A program made the position numbers and the translations under genes. Under the pieces are notes generated by a model. That model was not told the DNA's origin, searched no databases, and saw nothing but the letters and a program-made list of their open reading frames with translations. Positions 38,050-52,339 of a stretch of DNA of 64,000 nucleotides are shown in pieces (within the stretch, counting starts at the first letter, position 1; each line of letters begins with the position of its first letter). Source of the DNA: Somniosus microcephalus (taxonomy: Eukaryota); assembly GCA_052327205.1 (NCBI GenBank), contig JBMRGM010000043.1, positions 31,186,001-31,250,000 on the forward strand. The letters run 5' to 3'.

Positions 38050-41000
38050 TGGACACATTTTTTAAACACAGTCAGCACTGAATGTGTAAGATATTCCATT
38101 GCCCTGCATGTCTGCAATTAGATGGCTAAACTTATCTAGAGTGCAAAAATTAACGTTAAATTATAATTAGAATATTGGCTCTGTAGAGCCAAGTTAACGG
38201 TTACCTGGAGTGAGCCAGATGCTGGGACGAGATTGGGCAGCTAAAGCAGATACACTGGATAAGCCTGTGTTTAGGCTTCAGTAATTTGTGAGTTGAATCG
38301 CCTCTTTGTAAAACACCGGGTTAAACTCTCGGGACTTTAATGGTTAATGGTGCCAGTGTGAAACACGTTCAGTGGTCACAGCTCACATTAGTTGCAGCCC
38401 TTCACCTCGGTTCCCTCTCAACCGTTGTGCCAGGCCACACACACAGAGCGGGTCTGACCGCTTCCGTAAACCCGTGAAAATAACAATCCTTCAGCCTGGG
38501 GCCACAGATCAGTCCAGTCTATGTGTTAACGGTACAAGATGCGCTTACAATAAATCATGTTCAAAACAGTTTCCAGAGATGTCTCCGGCCTGTATTCCAA
38601 CTGTTCGCTTCTGATAAGAATGTATTTTAAAACTGCCAGGGCTAATTTCACGTTTCAACGTTAGGGTGAACTCGTCATCACGGTTTAAGTTCCCCTTTTC
38701 TCCAATGTGGTCAGAAGTCACACTGATCTCAGTGCGCAGTCGCGTGGTGCATGGGCAGTGAGCTCCACAGCTGCAGACTGCTCTCGTGGAACTCGCTCCA
38801 GCCGCTGTCTCCTCATTCCCCATAAGTACAGACTCGGGATCTGCGCGTGTGGGCGTTTGGTACTGAAGAAGTAGAACAGTGTCATCGGCTGAATGTGGGC
38901 GGGTACATTTGTCGGGAACAGGAGTGGGAAGCGGAGCAATGCGCTTGGGAATAGATTGTTCTGTGTTTGACGGAATCGATCTGTTCTGGCTCTCAGTGCA
39001 AATGTTCACCCACACCTGACTAAATAGAGGCTGCATTGAAAAAAAAAAATATATGATCCATGAGTTCTTAAAAATTGGCTTGGCTCTCTCGAAGGCGAGT
39101 GACTGTCTGCAAAGTGGAAAAATGCAATGATTTGGGGAAAGGGCAGGGGAGTGGGATCAGTTAGCAAGTGCTTTCGAAGATCCGGCACAGGCACCAAGGG
39201 CCGAATGGCCTCCTTTTGTGCTGTATGATTCTATGACCTCACTTTTCAGTTAAAATGAACTGAAAACAGCTGAACCGAAGCGAGCGGTTTCACAGATGGA
39301 ATGGAGCTTCTGCTTGGAGCCCCCGCTTTCTAAATGAAGAACATCTGTCGCCTTCTGATCCTCTGTAAGGGAATCTCAAATATCACTAGTGCCTTTGAAA
39401 ATCTGCGTCATTCACCCCGGACCCACAATCAGATTAATAAGGCTCATTCTGTAAAAGGCAGCGACGCACTAAATGGATATTGACAGTTTCTGAAAGTAAG
39501 ACATTTATTTAAAATGCGTTGAAATGTCCTTACTATGTTTCAATTTTAATCTGAATTTAGTGCAACAATACTGGGTTTGATTCGTCAGGGTAACAGGATC
39601 TTTCTGCTCATCTAAAGAGATCCACTTTACTATAACAGGTTGCTTCTAAACAGCATAATATTTTTGCTTTACCAATTATTTAGCCTCACCTGCAGAAACA
39701 GCTTTCAAATGTCTAATTTTTTTAGTTTTGTTTATAAGTAGGAATTAACAGCTTATGCACTTCATATGAAGTGTCGGCGTTGTCCCATTTGTTTCACTCT
39801 TACTAAATGCTATTAATAAATGCAGTGAGCTTTGCAGTGCTTGGTTTCTGTGGCTAGCTGTTAATCTTGGTCTAAAGCATTGCTTCATGGTTTTGTGTGG
39901 CACAGGCTGGCTTCTTGTTTAACATCTGCTATAGAGAGACTGGGATAAAGATAGATTTATAGAGAGATAGAGAGGGACAAACTTTCACACAGACACAAAC
40001 ACACACACACAAGCAGATAACGAAAAATGCAGAGAGAGACCGAGACAGAGATAGAGTCAAAGAGAGAGAGATGGATTCAATGAGTCAGAGTGAAAGAGGA
40101 AGATTAACACACGAGAGAGACAGAGTCAAAGAGATACCTCAAGTCATAGACACAGATGACTGAGAGAGAGACACACAAAAAGAGGCAGAGAGAGAGAGAA
40201 CATGAGGGAGAGACAAGGAGGTACAGACACATAGTTAGACACACAGGTAGAATGGAACAACATGCAGTGGCACAGATAGCCAATGAGAGAGATAGAGCGT
40301 CAAATAGACAGAGAGAGAGCAACAGAGAGTGACATGCAGACAGTTACACTGACATATAAGGCAAGTCAGAGAGAGAGTGAGACCGAGAGTTATAGAGGCA
40401 AACAGATGAAGACCGGGAAAGTCTGACAGAGAAAGATTCAGCAAGGGACAGAGAGAGAGAGCCAGAGACAGACAAGCAGAAGGTAAACATTCAGGGAGGC
40501 GGTGGGCTAGAGATTCCGTGAGAGAGAGCGAAAGAGAGAGAGGCAGAGCGAGAGACACACAGATAGGGACAGAGCGAGACAGAGAGAGAGCATTAGTTTT
40601 TTTTCACTCACCTATGAGCAAACATAATGATTATATTTTTAAAATTACTGGTGTAAGGGAGAGCAACATACCAGGCACCATTTTGAATTTCAGGCTCATT
40701 TAATATCTGCTGCCAAACCTGGAGTTAACAAAGCTGAAGAGATAACAGTTACTTTGATTTAGCTTGAACTAAACTGACGGCTTCAAGGATTTTGGCAACG
40801 AAATTTATAATTATAGATCTTTAATGTTAATGTCTGATGCAATTTACTGGCATTTAGACTGGAGTGATTCCTTACGGTCAAATGTCATTGAGACTGCCTT
40901 GCTGTGAGATGCTGATGTCAGCGCTCTGTTGTCTGGTTAGCCAATGCACCACAAGAGATGAAAACAGGAACAAATAACGGGGTTTGCATCTTTAGTGTAC

Positions 41001-43340
41001 CACAGGCTCTTTTAGCAGAACCTCATCTATTTTAATAACAAGACATTAGTTGTGGGACCATGTCAGCCACAGCTAGTTCCACAGCTTAATGCGGTAAATC
41101 TTAAATGATGATAAGTAATTCTTAACTTGTCTGTTCTTGACCTTATAATCGCCCCCATGTTTTATTTGTTGCACAGCACATAAAATCCACCTTGTGAAAA
41201 AAATTGGCCAAATTAAATACTTGAATCATTCACCTCATTGAATCCTAGCTGGACAAAAGGCCCAGGTTCTACATGCTAAACAAGGAAATACACACACATC
41301 TGCATTGATCATTGACTTTTTTGCAATTATTTTTGAAAAGGTTGCAGCATTAGGCGTTGCCTTAGTAGTGTGATTCCTCTGGTCTGAGGCGTGATAAAAT
41401 ATTTCTGCAGCCAGCTGCTTGATCATGCACTGTCTTCACGAGCAACATTTGCCACCCAGTCAAAACTTGTGATGCTGATTAGGCTAAAGATGATTTAAAT
41501 GATGATAGAAACATTTGAAATGGAGTAGCCCATTCAGCCCTTCGAGGCTGCTGATTTTTCATTCAACTATACAATGGGTGATCTGTACCTCAACTCCAAT
41601 GACCCCCTTTTGCTCAATATACATTGTTGCCCTCGCTCAACTAGAGTCAGCCGTGGCTCAGTGAGCAGCATGCTCGACTCTGAGTCAGAAGGCTCGTGCA
41701 TTCAAGTCGCACTCCAGAGATTTGGGCAAAAAATCTGGGATCAAACTCCAGTGCAGTGCTGTGGGAGTGCAGCATTTTCAGAGGCGCCGTCTTTCGGATG
41801 ATACGTTAAAGCGAGGCCCCGTCGGGGAGATTATCCCCGGTGCCCTGGGCAATATTTGTCCTTCAGTCAACATAACATAAACAGATTATCTGGTCATTAT
41901 CATCATCACTGTGTGAAAATTGACTGCTACTCTTCCTACAGTGACTACACTTCAAAAGTACTCCACTGGCTGCAAAGCGCTTTGGGAAGTCCTGAGGTTG
42001 TGAATGGCGCTCTAAAAATGCAAGTCTTTCTTTTTTTAACTAAAATATATCTTGATCGCCGTATTGGCCGTTCCAATTTACCACCAGATTCCACAGCGCT
42101 CTTAGCGGAGTGAGTTGCAATTTCTCAATACACAATGCATGAAAAGGTGCTTCCTGATTTCCATCCTAAATGGACTATCACTAATTTTGAAGAAATGTTC
42201 TCTTCTCCATGACAGAACAAACACACTCATTGGCTCTCAGAACAATGGCTCATTTCAATCTTTGTCAGTTTCCTTTCATCCGGCAGCAACTTTCCCATGT
42301 AGTACTCAGACCATTAGGATCTTCAACAATAAAAACATCTTATCTTTCTTCGTGAGATGGTCAATTGACATAATTCGATGTATTAATATTTTACATTTAC
42401 ATCAACAGAACTGAATACCTGGCAGAACGTATAGACTAGCAGCAAATGTGGTACCGCCTGTTTTGTGTCCCTGCCGAAGTCGAATTTCTCCCCCTGGGTA
42501 TTTCCTCTTCAGCTGCCTTACAGATGAGCAGCTTTGGTCAAATTTGAAGATGGTCTCAGATAATGAAACACATTTTACATTGTCTTCTCTCTTTCAGTGC
42601 AAGTTACTCATCAGTCGAACACACAAGGTATGATGACAATAATCTGCATTATTGATAATGCATTATTGATAATCCAGTTTGTGGAATGAACGCTTCCAAT
42701 TTATAGCTATAGGACAGCAGCAATCAAGCAATGAAGTCATTTTCAGCTTCCGCCCGAGCGTGAAACTGCGTTCTGGAATCGCCACCTATAATGGAAAAGC
42801 TCGATCATCATTTTCATTGATTCAGGGTGAATTGAAAGTGGGCGGTTTCTCTAATGGTCGGCCAATCAGAACCCCATTTGTAAGCCTCAACGTAAAGTTT
42901 AATGTCTACCACAATATATTAAAGACAAAGTGACCTATAAATTGGTGTGGGTAACTGTCAGCTCATCAGCTGAGGATTGGAAGCGTGTAATCATAATTGA
43001 GTAAATAAATGGATGGATAGATCGACAGGTCTAAGATGAAATAACAACAAATGTTGATGAAATTAGGGTGTTACTCTTGTGATTAGACTTTGCAAAAGCG
43101 CTTAATGAAGTTCCACATAATAGACTTGTTTGTGAAATAGAAATCAAAGTATTAAGGACAACATAAGGGGCATCAGCTTATCATAAGAAGGGACACGTGA
43201 CCTTCAATTGCCACGATTGTCGCTATGGCTTTTCGGGTTATAGATCTATTGATCGTTAATCAAGTGCTTTTAAGGAAATATTCTAAAGGATGTCATACCT
43301 GTACTTTAACATATTCCAATATATACTTACTTTATATTTC
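38050..43340 (+). pseudogene. Gene stub 1: promoter + S1 (39334-39364, MKNICRLLIL) + S2 (42598-42627, LQVTHQSNTQ), with all Ig exons deleted
   Basis: Colinear with 47125-52500; ends with a fragment (43170-43340) of the intron that precedes Ig exon 2 (54340-54530). Confidence 0.75.
39930..40590. repeat. Degenerate GA/CA-rich tract (paralog at 48620-49290)
   Basis: Purine-rich low complexity. Confidence 0.85.
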
Positions 43341-43344
43341 TTCT

Positions 43345-46300
43345 GAGTAATATACAACATTTTCAGTCTGTTGTTATCTACATATCGATGTATCTCTTTT
43401 TGATTGTCTTACCATCTATCTAAGTATCTGTCTGTTTATTCATCGACAGTATAGCAAATAATCAAAGGCAGGCACCAATAGGACAGATTAGGTTCCAGTC
43501 ATAAATTGTATCAGTAAAATAGTCCAGGTACTAACCATAGACCTGTATCATTAGGACAGTGTAATTGATAAACATAGGCCTGTATGAGTAGGAAATAAAG
43601 TTTGAAAAATGTGCCGATACCAAAAGGACAGTATAGTTACAAATCAAAAACCTGCAGCAATAGGACAACATAAACAGTCATCAAAATACCTCAGCCAGTA
43701 TGACAGATAAGGTATTAATCATAGGCCTGCATCAATAGGACGGTATAGATAGATAATGATTAGAGACATGCAGCAGTCGGACACTGCAGGCATTAATCAT
43801 AGACCTGTATCAGAAGGACTGTGAATGTACTGAGCATTGACCAGCACCAGTAGGGCTATATATGTTGTAATTACTAACTGCATGAGTAGTAAATTAAAAG
43901 TTCCTTATCTAGTGCCTCTGTGTCGCATCCAGTTCTAGACCAACACCAATAGAACTGTGGAGATTCTAAATAGATTTCACTGCAGTAGTATAGAGTTGGT
44001 ATTTATCGGCGATCTGGGCAATGGGGACAGTATAGCTACTAAAAGCTGACCTGTACTAGTGGTGGAGTCAAGTACTGATGACATACATTCTGCAGTGGGA
44101 GAGTCGAGGCAGCAAAAATAGACCTGCACCAGTAGGTGAAACCTAGAGAGAGCTCCAGAGAGGAACAGAACTATGCGGCTCAAGGAGTCGCCCCATATAA
44201 TCCTGGTTTTAGGCTTCATTAATTTGAGTCGAATCACCTAGTTGCTAAACATTACTGACTGGATTAAACTCTCGGGACTTAAATGGTTAATTATGCCAGG
44301 GTGCAACAGTTTCAGTGGTCTGATGTTTCACTGGTATTAGCACTTCGCCTCCGTTCCCCCTCTACAGATGTACCAGGCCACACACACAGAGCTGGGGTGA
44401 CCACTTCCCTAAGCCCTTGAAAAAAACAAGCCTTCAAACTGGGGCCACAGAGCAGGCCAGTTTCTCTTTTAACGTTATAAACTGCGGTTAGAATAAATCA
44501 TATTGAAAACAGTTTCAAGCGATGACTCCGGCCTGGAATCCAACTGTTCTCTTCTGATAAAAATTAATTTTAAAACTGACAGGGCTCAGTTAACTTTTCA
44601 GCGTTAGGTTGGATTCGTCACCGTGTACGGTTTAATTTCCTCTTGTCTCAAATGTGGTCAGAAGTCAAAGTGATCTCAGTGTGCAGTCGCCTGGTGCATG
44701 GACAGTGAGCCCCACAGCTGCAGACTGCTGTCGGGGCACTCGCTCCAGCCGCTGTCTCCTCATTCCCCATAAGTACAGACTCGGGATCTGCGTGTGCGGG
44801 CGTTTGGTACTGAAGAATTAGCACAGAGTCAGCGGCTGAATGTGATTCTATGATCTCACTTTTCAGGTGAACAGAACTGAAAACAGCTGATCCGAAGCTC
44901 GCGTCTTCACAGAGGGAGGTGGACTGCTGCTCAGGTCCCCCGCATTCGAAATGAAGCACATCTGTCGCCTTCGGATCTTCTGTAGGTGAATCTCAAATAT
45001 ATCCAGTGCCTTTGAAAATCAACGCCACTCACCCCTGACCGTTAATCAGGTTAATAAGACTCATCCCGTGAGAGGGATCATCACACTAAATTAATATTCA
45101 GAGTTTATTAAGTTCAAACATTCAATTATACTGCATTGAAATGTCATTTCCATGCTTCAGTTTTAATCAGAATTTAGTGGAACAACAGAAATAAATTTGA
45201 TTAGTCAGGCTAACAGGATCTTTCTGCTCATCTAAGGTTGCAGCCGACTTTAGACACATCTAAACGGTCCAATATTTATTATTTTACCAATTATTTAGCC
45301 TCACCTGCAGAAACTGCTTGCACTTTTCTTATTGTTGTCGTTTTGTTAATTAAAAAAAAAAATTCATGCGCTTCATATCAAGTTTCAGCGTTGGCTCAGT
45401 TGACTCACTCTTACAAATTGCTATTAATACATGCGGTGAGATTTACAGTGTGTGGGTTCTGTGGGTAGATGATAAACTTGGTGCATGTCATTGCTTGATG
45501 ATTTCGAGTGCGGCAGGCACGCTTCTTGTTAACAACTGCCACAGAGAGAGAGAGAAAGAGAGAGAGGGGGAGAGAGGCGGAGCGGGAGAGGGAGTCAGAG
45601 CGAGATACAATCAGATAGGGACAGAGAGAGACAGATAGACAGAGATTGTAAGAAAGTAACAATGAAGCTGTCCACGAAGGAGAGTGACAGAGAGAGGGAG
45701 AGAGGGCAGGAGTTTTTTTTTCAACTCAGTTTTGCAGATTCACTATATGAAGGGCTTATTTTATTTTCTGTTGTGAGGGAGAAAATACACATTAACGGGA
45801 CGACATCCCTTGAGTTAATAAAGCTGAGGAGAACAAATTTACTATGATTTTACTTGACCTAAACTGACGGCTTAAGGGTGTTTGGCAGGGAATTTTAAAA
45901 TGCTGGATCTTTAAAATTAATTTCTGATGCTGTTTACTGGAATTTAGACAGAAGTGACTCTTTATGGTTACAGGACATTGAGGCTGCCTTCCTGTGAGAT
46001 GCTGACGTCAGCGCTCTATTGGCTTGTTAACCACTGGATCACAAGCCCAGCAAACAGGAAAAAACAACAGGGTTTGCATCTTTAATGTACCATCGACTCT
46101 TTCGCCAGAATCTCATCTATTTTAACAACTTGACATTAGTTGTGGGACCATGTTGGTCACAGCTAGTTCCACAGATTAATGAGGTAGAGCTTAAAATATG
46201 TGGTTAATCTCAAATTGTTCTTGAGCTTATAATAAGCCACATGAGTTATGTGTTGCACTGCACGTAAAACCCACTTTTTGGAAAGAATTGTCCTAACTGA

Positions 46301-47120
46301 ATGCTTCAATCATTCACCCTATTGAATCCTAGCTTGACAAGTCCCAGGTTCGACATGTTGAACAATGAAATACAGACACATCTGCATTGACCATTGACCA
46401 TTTTGCAATTATTTTTGCAAAGTTTGCAGCAACAGGCATTGCCTTAGTAGTGTGATTCCTGTGGTCTGAGGCCGACAAAAGCTTTCTGCTGCTTTCTGCT
46501 TCTAGCTGCTGGGTCATGTACTGTCTTCACGAGTATCAGTTGCAACCAAGTCAATACTTGTAATTCTGATTCAGTTAAAGATGAGTTAACTGATAATAGG
46601 AACATAACAACAGGAGTAGGTCATTCAGCCCTTCGAGGCTGCTCTGTCATTCAACTATATCATGGTTAATCTGTACCTCCACTCCAATTACCCCACCTTG
46701 CTCAATATCCAATGTTACTCTTCCTCAACTAGTGTCAGCCGTGGCTCAGTGTATAGCATTCTCGCCTCTGAGTCAGAAGGTTCGTCCATTCCGGTCCCAC
46801 AACAGGGACTTGAGCACAATCAACTAAGCTGACACTCCAGTGCAGTGCTGAGGGAGTGCTGCAATGTCGGATTTGCCGCCTTTCGGAGGAGACGCTAAAG
46901 TGAGGCCCCGTCAGGGGAGTTATCCCAGGTGCCCTGGCCAATATTTCACCCTCAATCACCTAACAAAAACAGATAATCCTGTCATTATCAACATCACTGT
47001 GTGGAAATTGACAGCTACGTTTCCTACAGTGACTGCACTTCAAAGGTACTCCATTGGCTGCAAAGCGCATTGTGAAGCCCTGAGGTAGTGAACGGCGCTA
47101 TAGGAATGCAAGGCCTTTTT
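43345..47120 (+). pseudogene. Gene stub 2: promoter + S1 (44951-44981, MKHICRLRIF), truncated before S2
   Basis: Colinear, highly similar copy of 11880-16320 lacking the MITE; Leu>Arg in the leader core; ends at a SINE tail. Confidence 0.75.
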
Positions 47121-48004
47121 TCGTTGTCTGCAATGAGATGGGTAAACTTATCTAGAGTCAAAAAATTAATGTTAAAATTTAATTAGAATATTTGTTCTGG
47201 TAGAGCAAAGTTAACGGTTACCTGGAGTGAGTCGGATAGGCGGAATAGATTGGGCAGCTCAAGCAGATACACTGGATAAGCCTGTGTTTAGAATTTATTT
47301 TAAAATTGCAAGAGCTCATTTCACTTTTCAGCGTTAGGTTGGAATCATCATCACGTTAAGTTTAAGTTCCCCTTTTCTCCAATTTGGTCAGAAGTCATAG
47401 TGATCTCAGTGCGCAGTCGCGTGGAGCATGGCCAGTGAGCTCCACAGCTGCAGACTGCTCCTGGGGACCTCGCTCCAGCCGCTGTCTCCTCATTCCCCGC
47501 AAGTACAGACTCGGGATCTGCGCGTGCGGGCGTTTGGTACTGAAGAAGTAGAACAGTGTCAGCGGCTTATTGTGGGCGGGTACATTTGTTGGGTGCAGGA
47601 GTGGGAAGCGGAGCCATGCGCTTGGGAATAGGTTGCTCTGTGTTTGATGGATTCGATCTGTTCAGGCTCTCTGTGGAAATGTTAACCCAAATCTGAATAA
47701 ATAGAGGCTGCATTGAAATAAACAGAATTATGATCCATGAGTTTTAAAAATTGGCTTGGCTCTCTTAAAGGCGAGCGACTGTCTGCAAAGTGGAAAAATG
47801 CAATGTTGGGGAATGGCAGGGGAGTGGGAACAATTAGCAAGTTCTTTCGAAGAACCGGCACAGGCATCATGGCCGAATGGCCTCCTTCTGTGCTGTATGA
47901 TTTTTAATTTCACTTTCCAGATAAAAGGAACTGAAAACAGCTGATACGAAGGGAGCCTTTTCACAGAGGGAAAGGAGCTTCTGCTTGGAGCCCCCGCTTT
48001 CGAA

Positions 48005-48035
48005 ATGAAGCACATCTGTAGCCTTCTGATTTTCT
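48005..48035 (+). CDS. Gene C leader exon S1 (MKHICSLLIF)
   Basis: ATG + 31 nt, t|gtaagt. Confidence 0.72.
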
Positions 48036-50938
48036 GTAAGTGATTCTCAAATATTGCCAGTGCCTTTGAAAATCTGCGTCACTCACCCCGGACCCACAAT
48101 CAGAATAATAAGGCTCATTCTGTAAAAGTCAGCGACGCACTAAATTGATATTGACAGTTTCTGAAAGGAAGACATTCATTTAAAATGCGTTGAAATGTCA
48201 TTTTCTATGTTTCTGTTTTAATCAGAATTTAGTGCAACAACAGACCTAAGTTTGATTATTCAAGGTAACAGGATCTTTCCGCTCATCTAAGAGATCACTT
48301 TTGCTATAACAGGTTGCAGCTCAATAGGATTGCTTCTAAACAGCCTAATATTTTTTAATTTACCAATTATTTAGCCTCACCTGCAGAAACTGCTTTCAAA
48401 TTTCTAATTCTTGTAGTTTTGTTTATAAGTAGGAATTAACATTTTTATGCAATTCATACCAAGTGTCAGCGTTGTCCCAGTTGTTTCAATCTTACTAAAT
48501 GCTATTAATAAATGCGGTGAGCTTTGCTGTGCTTGGTCTCTGTGGCTAGCTGTTAATCTTGGTCTGTATCATTGCTTCATGATTTTGTGTGGCCCAGGCT
48601 GGCTTCTTGTTTAACATCTGCTATAGGGAGACAGGGAGATAGATGCATTTAAAGAGAGGGAGAAACTTTCACACATACACACACACACAGCTAACAAAAA
48701 ATGTGGAGAGAGACCGAGGCAGAGATAGAGTCAAAGAGAGAGAGAGCAAAAGTGAGAGAAAGAGATGGAGTCAATGTGTCAGAGTGAAAGTGGAAGATTA
48801 ACACACGAGAGAGACAGAGTCAAAGAGATACAGCAAGTCATAGACACACATGACTGGGAGAGACACACAAAAAGAGGCAGAGAGAGAGAAAATGAGGGAG
48901 AGACAAGGAGGTGCAGACTCAGAGTGAGAGAGACATAGATTGAATGAAACAACATGCAGTGACACTGATAGTCAATGAGAGAGAGAGCGTCAAATTGACA
49001 GACAGAGCAACTGAGAGTGACATTCAGAAAGTGAGACTGACATAAGGTAGGTCAGAGAGAGGGTGAGGCCGAGGGATCTACGGGCAAACAGATGAAGACT
49101 GGCAAAGTTTGAAAGAGAGAGATTGAGTCAGCGAGGGAGAGACAGAGAGAGCGAGAAACAGACAAACAGAAGGCAAACATTCAGAGAGGCGGTGGGCTAA
49201 AGTTTTCGTGAGAGAAAGCGAGAGAGAGCGAAAGAGAGATATGCAGTGCGAGAGACACACAGATAGCGACATAGCGAGACAGAGATAGAGCATTAGGATT
49301 TTTTTCAATGCAGCAATATAATTATATTTTTTTAATTCCTGGTGTAAGGGAGAACAAAATACAGCAATGTGCTAACCGGGCACCATTTTGAATTTCAGGC
49401 TCATTTAATATCTGCTGCCTAACCTGGAGTTAACAAAGCTGAAGAGATAACATTTACTTTGATTTAACTTGACCTAAACTGGCGGCTTCAAGGATTATGG
49501 CAGCGAACTTTATAATTGTGGATCTTTAATATTAATGTCTGATGCAATTTACTTGAATTTAGACAGAAGTGACTGATTATGGTCAAATGCCATTGAAACT
49601 GACTTGCTGTGAGATGCTGACGTCAGCACTCTATTGTCTTGTTAACCACTGGACCACAAGAGCAGAAAACAGGAACAAACAACAGGGTTTGCATCTTTAG
49701 TGTACCACCGACTCTTTCACCATAATCTCAACTATTTTAATAACATGCCATTAGTTGTGGGACCATGGTAGCCACAGCTAGTTCCACAGCTTAATGCGCT
49801 AATTCTTAAATGATAATTAGTAATTCGTAACCTGTTTGTTCTTGAGCTTATAATCACCCCCATGTTTCATTTGTTGCACAGCACATAACACCCACCTTGT
49901 GAAAATAATTGGCCAAATTGAATACTTGAAACATTCACCCTATTGAATCCAAACTGGACAGAAGGCCCAGGTTTTACATGTTAAACAATGAAATACAGAG
50001 ACATCTGAATTGATCATTGAACCAGCATCAGATATTGCCTAATTAGTGTGATTCCTCTGGTCTGAGGCGTGAAAAAATCTTCCTGCAGCCAGCTGCTTGA
50101 TCATGTACTGTCTTCACGAGCAACATTTGCAACCCAGTCATAACTTGACATGCTGATTAGGATAAAGATGTTTTAAATTATGATGGAAACATATGAAAAC
50201 GAGTAGCCCATTCAGCCCTTCGAGGCTGCTCTGTTATTGAATTATATCACGGTTGAACTGTACCTCTACTCCAATGACCCCCCTTTGCTCATGTTCGTGG
50301 ATTCAAGTCGCAGACCAAAGACTTGAGCACAAAAATCTGGGATCAAATTCCAGTGCAGTGCTGTGGGAGTGCTGCACTTTCGGTGGTGCCGTGTTTCAGA
50401 TGATACGTTAATGCGAGGCCCCTTCGGGGAGATTATCCCTGGAGCCCTGGGCAATATTTGTCCTTCAATCAACATAACAAAAACAGATTATCTGGTCATT
50501 ATTATCAACACTGTGTGAAAATTGACAGCTATGTTTCCTACAGTGACTACACTTCAAAAGTACACCTTTGGCTGCAAAGCGCTTTGGGAAGTCCTGAGGT
50601 TGTGATAGGCGCTATAGAAATGCACGTCTTTATTTTATTAACTAAAATCAATCTTGATCTCCATAATCAAAGTTCCAATTTATGCGCAGATTGCACAGCG
50701 TTCTTAGCGGATTGAGTTGCAATTTCTCACTACGCATTGTGTGAAAAGGTGCTTCTTCATTTCCATTTTAAATGGCCTATCACAAATTTTAAAGTAAAAT
50801 TTCCTTCTCCATGACAGAGCAAACACACTCAGTGGCTCTCGGAACAATGATTCATTTCAATCTTTGTCAGTTCCCTTTCATCTGGCAGCAACTTTTCCAT
50901 GTAGTCCTCAGACCATTAGGATCTTCAAAAAAAACCTT

Positions 50939-51704
50939 GGCCCGTAAATTCGGTTCTCCACGGGTGAGCACGCATGGGGTACTCTCCCGTAAGCCCAATG
51001 GAAGTGCCGGTTTAGTGCAAGCACTTTGTATGCGGGGGAAACCGGCGCTTCTGTTCCCCCGAAAGAAGGGATTCAGAGGTTGACAGCGTGCACGGGAGAA
51101 GCTGCGCATGCGCATCCAAGTTACGTTTATTTTGCAGATTTTCCCGGGAGGGTATGTCTCCAGAAGTTACACGTTAAAAACCAGGTGTGAGGCCTGCTTT
51201 TTACAAGGTAAGTGCGGTGAATTAACTAAAATTAAAAAAAATTTTCCTCAGGTTTATTATTTTAAAATACTTTAAAGCAAGGTAAGTTTATTTTTAAACC
51301 CGTTAGAAAATAAAATTATTTTTTTCAAAAATGTAAATTATTGTTTAAAATAGTTATTTCATGTAATTTATAGTTTATTCAAAAAACTGTGACGAATTTT
51401 TAAAATCATTTGAAGATTTAGTGATGTTTTGGGGCCCGTAGTATTGATAAGTTTTGACAGCTCTTCCTGTCAAACTTATGAATGGGCATTCCCTGCTCCG
51501 ATTGGCCCTCCATGGCGCACGTGATCCGAGGGAATGCATTGAACTAACTGCGCCCTTGGGATACGCAAGCACTCTGCGCCGGCAGTTGGAGCATGCCCAG
51601 GATCGGAATTCCACGCGGGCCCACAGCTCAACGTCAGGCGCGCAAAGTAAGTGCAGGTCGGGGGCTTGCACCCGCGGGAAGCCCACGACCCGAATTTCTG
51701 GGCC
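50939..51704 (+). mobile_element. MITE-like element, copy 2
   Basis: ggcccgtaaattcgg...ccgaatttctgggcc; colinear with copy 1; absent from paralogous sites near 16625 and 42338. Confidence 0.82.
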
Positions 51705-51964
51705 CTTATCTTTGTTCGTGAGAGGGTCAATCGACATAATTCGATGTATTATTATTTACATTCACATCAACTGAACTGAATACCTGGCGGCACGTATAGA
51801 CTGGCGGCAAATGCGGTACCGCCTATTTTATGTCCCTGCCAAAGTCGAATTTCACCCCCTCGGTGTTCCCTCTATTCAGCTGCATTACAGCTTAGCAGCT
51901 TAGGTCAAACTTGAAGATGGTCTCAGATAATGAAACATATTTTACATTGTCTTCCCTCTTTCAG

Positions 51965-51994
51965 TGCAAATTACTCATCAGGCGACCACACAAG
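51965..51994 (+). CDS. Gene C leader mini-exon S2 (LQITHQATTQ)
   Basis: ctctttcag| and aag|gtatga; identical to gene B S2. Confidence 0.75.
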
Positions 51995-52339
51995 GTATGA
52001 TGACAATAATGTCCATTCGGTTTGTGGAATGAACGCTTCCAATTTATAGCTAAAGGACAGTAACAATCCAACAATTGAGTAATTTTCAGTTGTTCGCCCG
52101 AGCATAAAACTGACCTTCTGGATACGCGAAGTTAAGAGAAACATTCGATCATCATTTTCATTGATTCAGTGGGAATGTAAAGTGGGCGGTTTCTCTCACG
52201 GTCGGCCAATCAGAACCGCAGTTTTAAGCCTCAGCTCCAAATTTAATGTCGACCACAATATGTTAAAGACAAAGTGACCTATAAATTGGTCTGGGTAACT
52301 GCCAGCTCAGTCACCTGAGGATTGGCAGCGAGTAATAAT

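Noticed and set aside
38545-39036. Recurring minus-strand ORF (ADPESVLMGNEETAAGAS...) at 13813, 38545 and 44648
   Set aside because: Antisense reading of the duplicated promoter block; starts, lengths and frames are not conserved and there is no recognisable domain
43460-44170. Regularly spaced ~37-bp repeats resembling a CRISPR array
   Set aside because: Units are degenerate along their whole length with no unique spacers and no cas genes; the context is vertebrate, so this is a minisatellite
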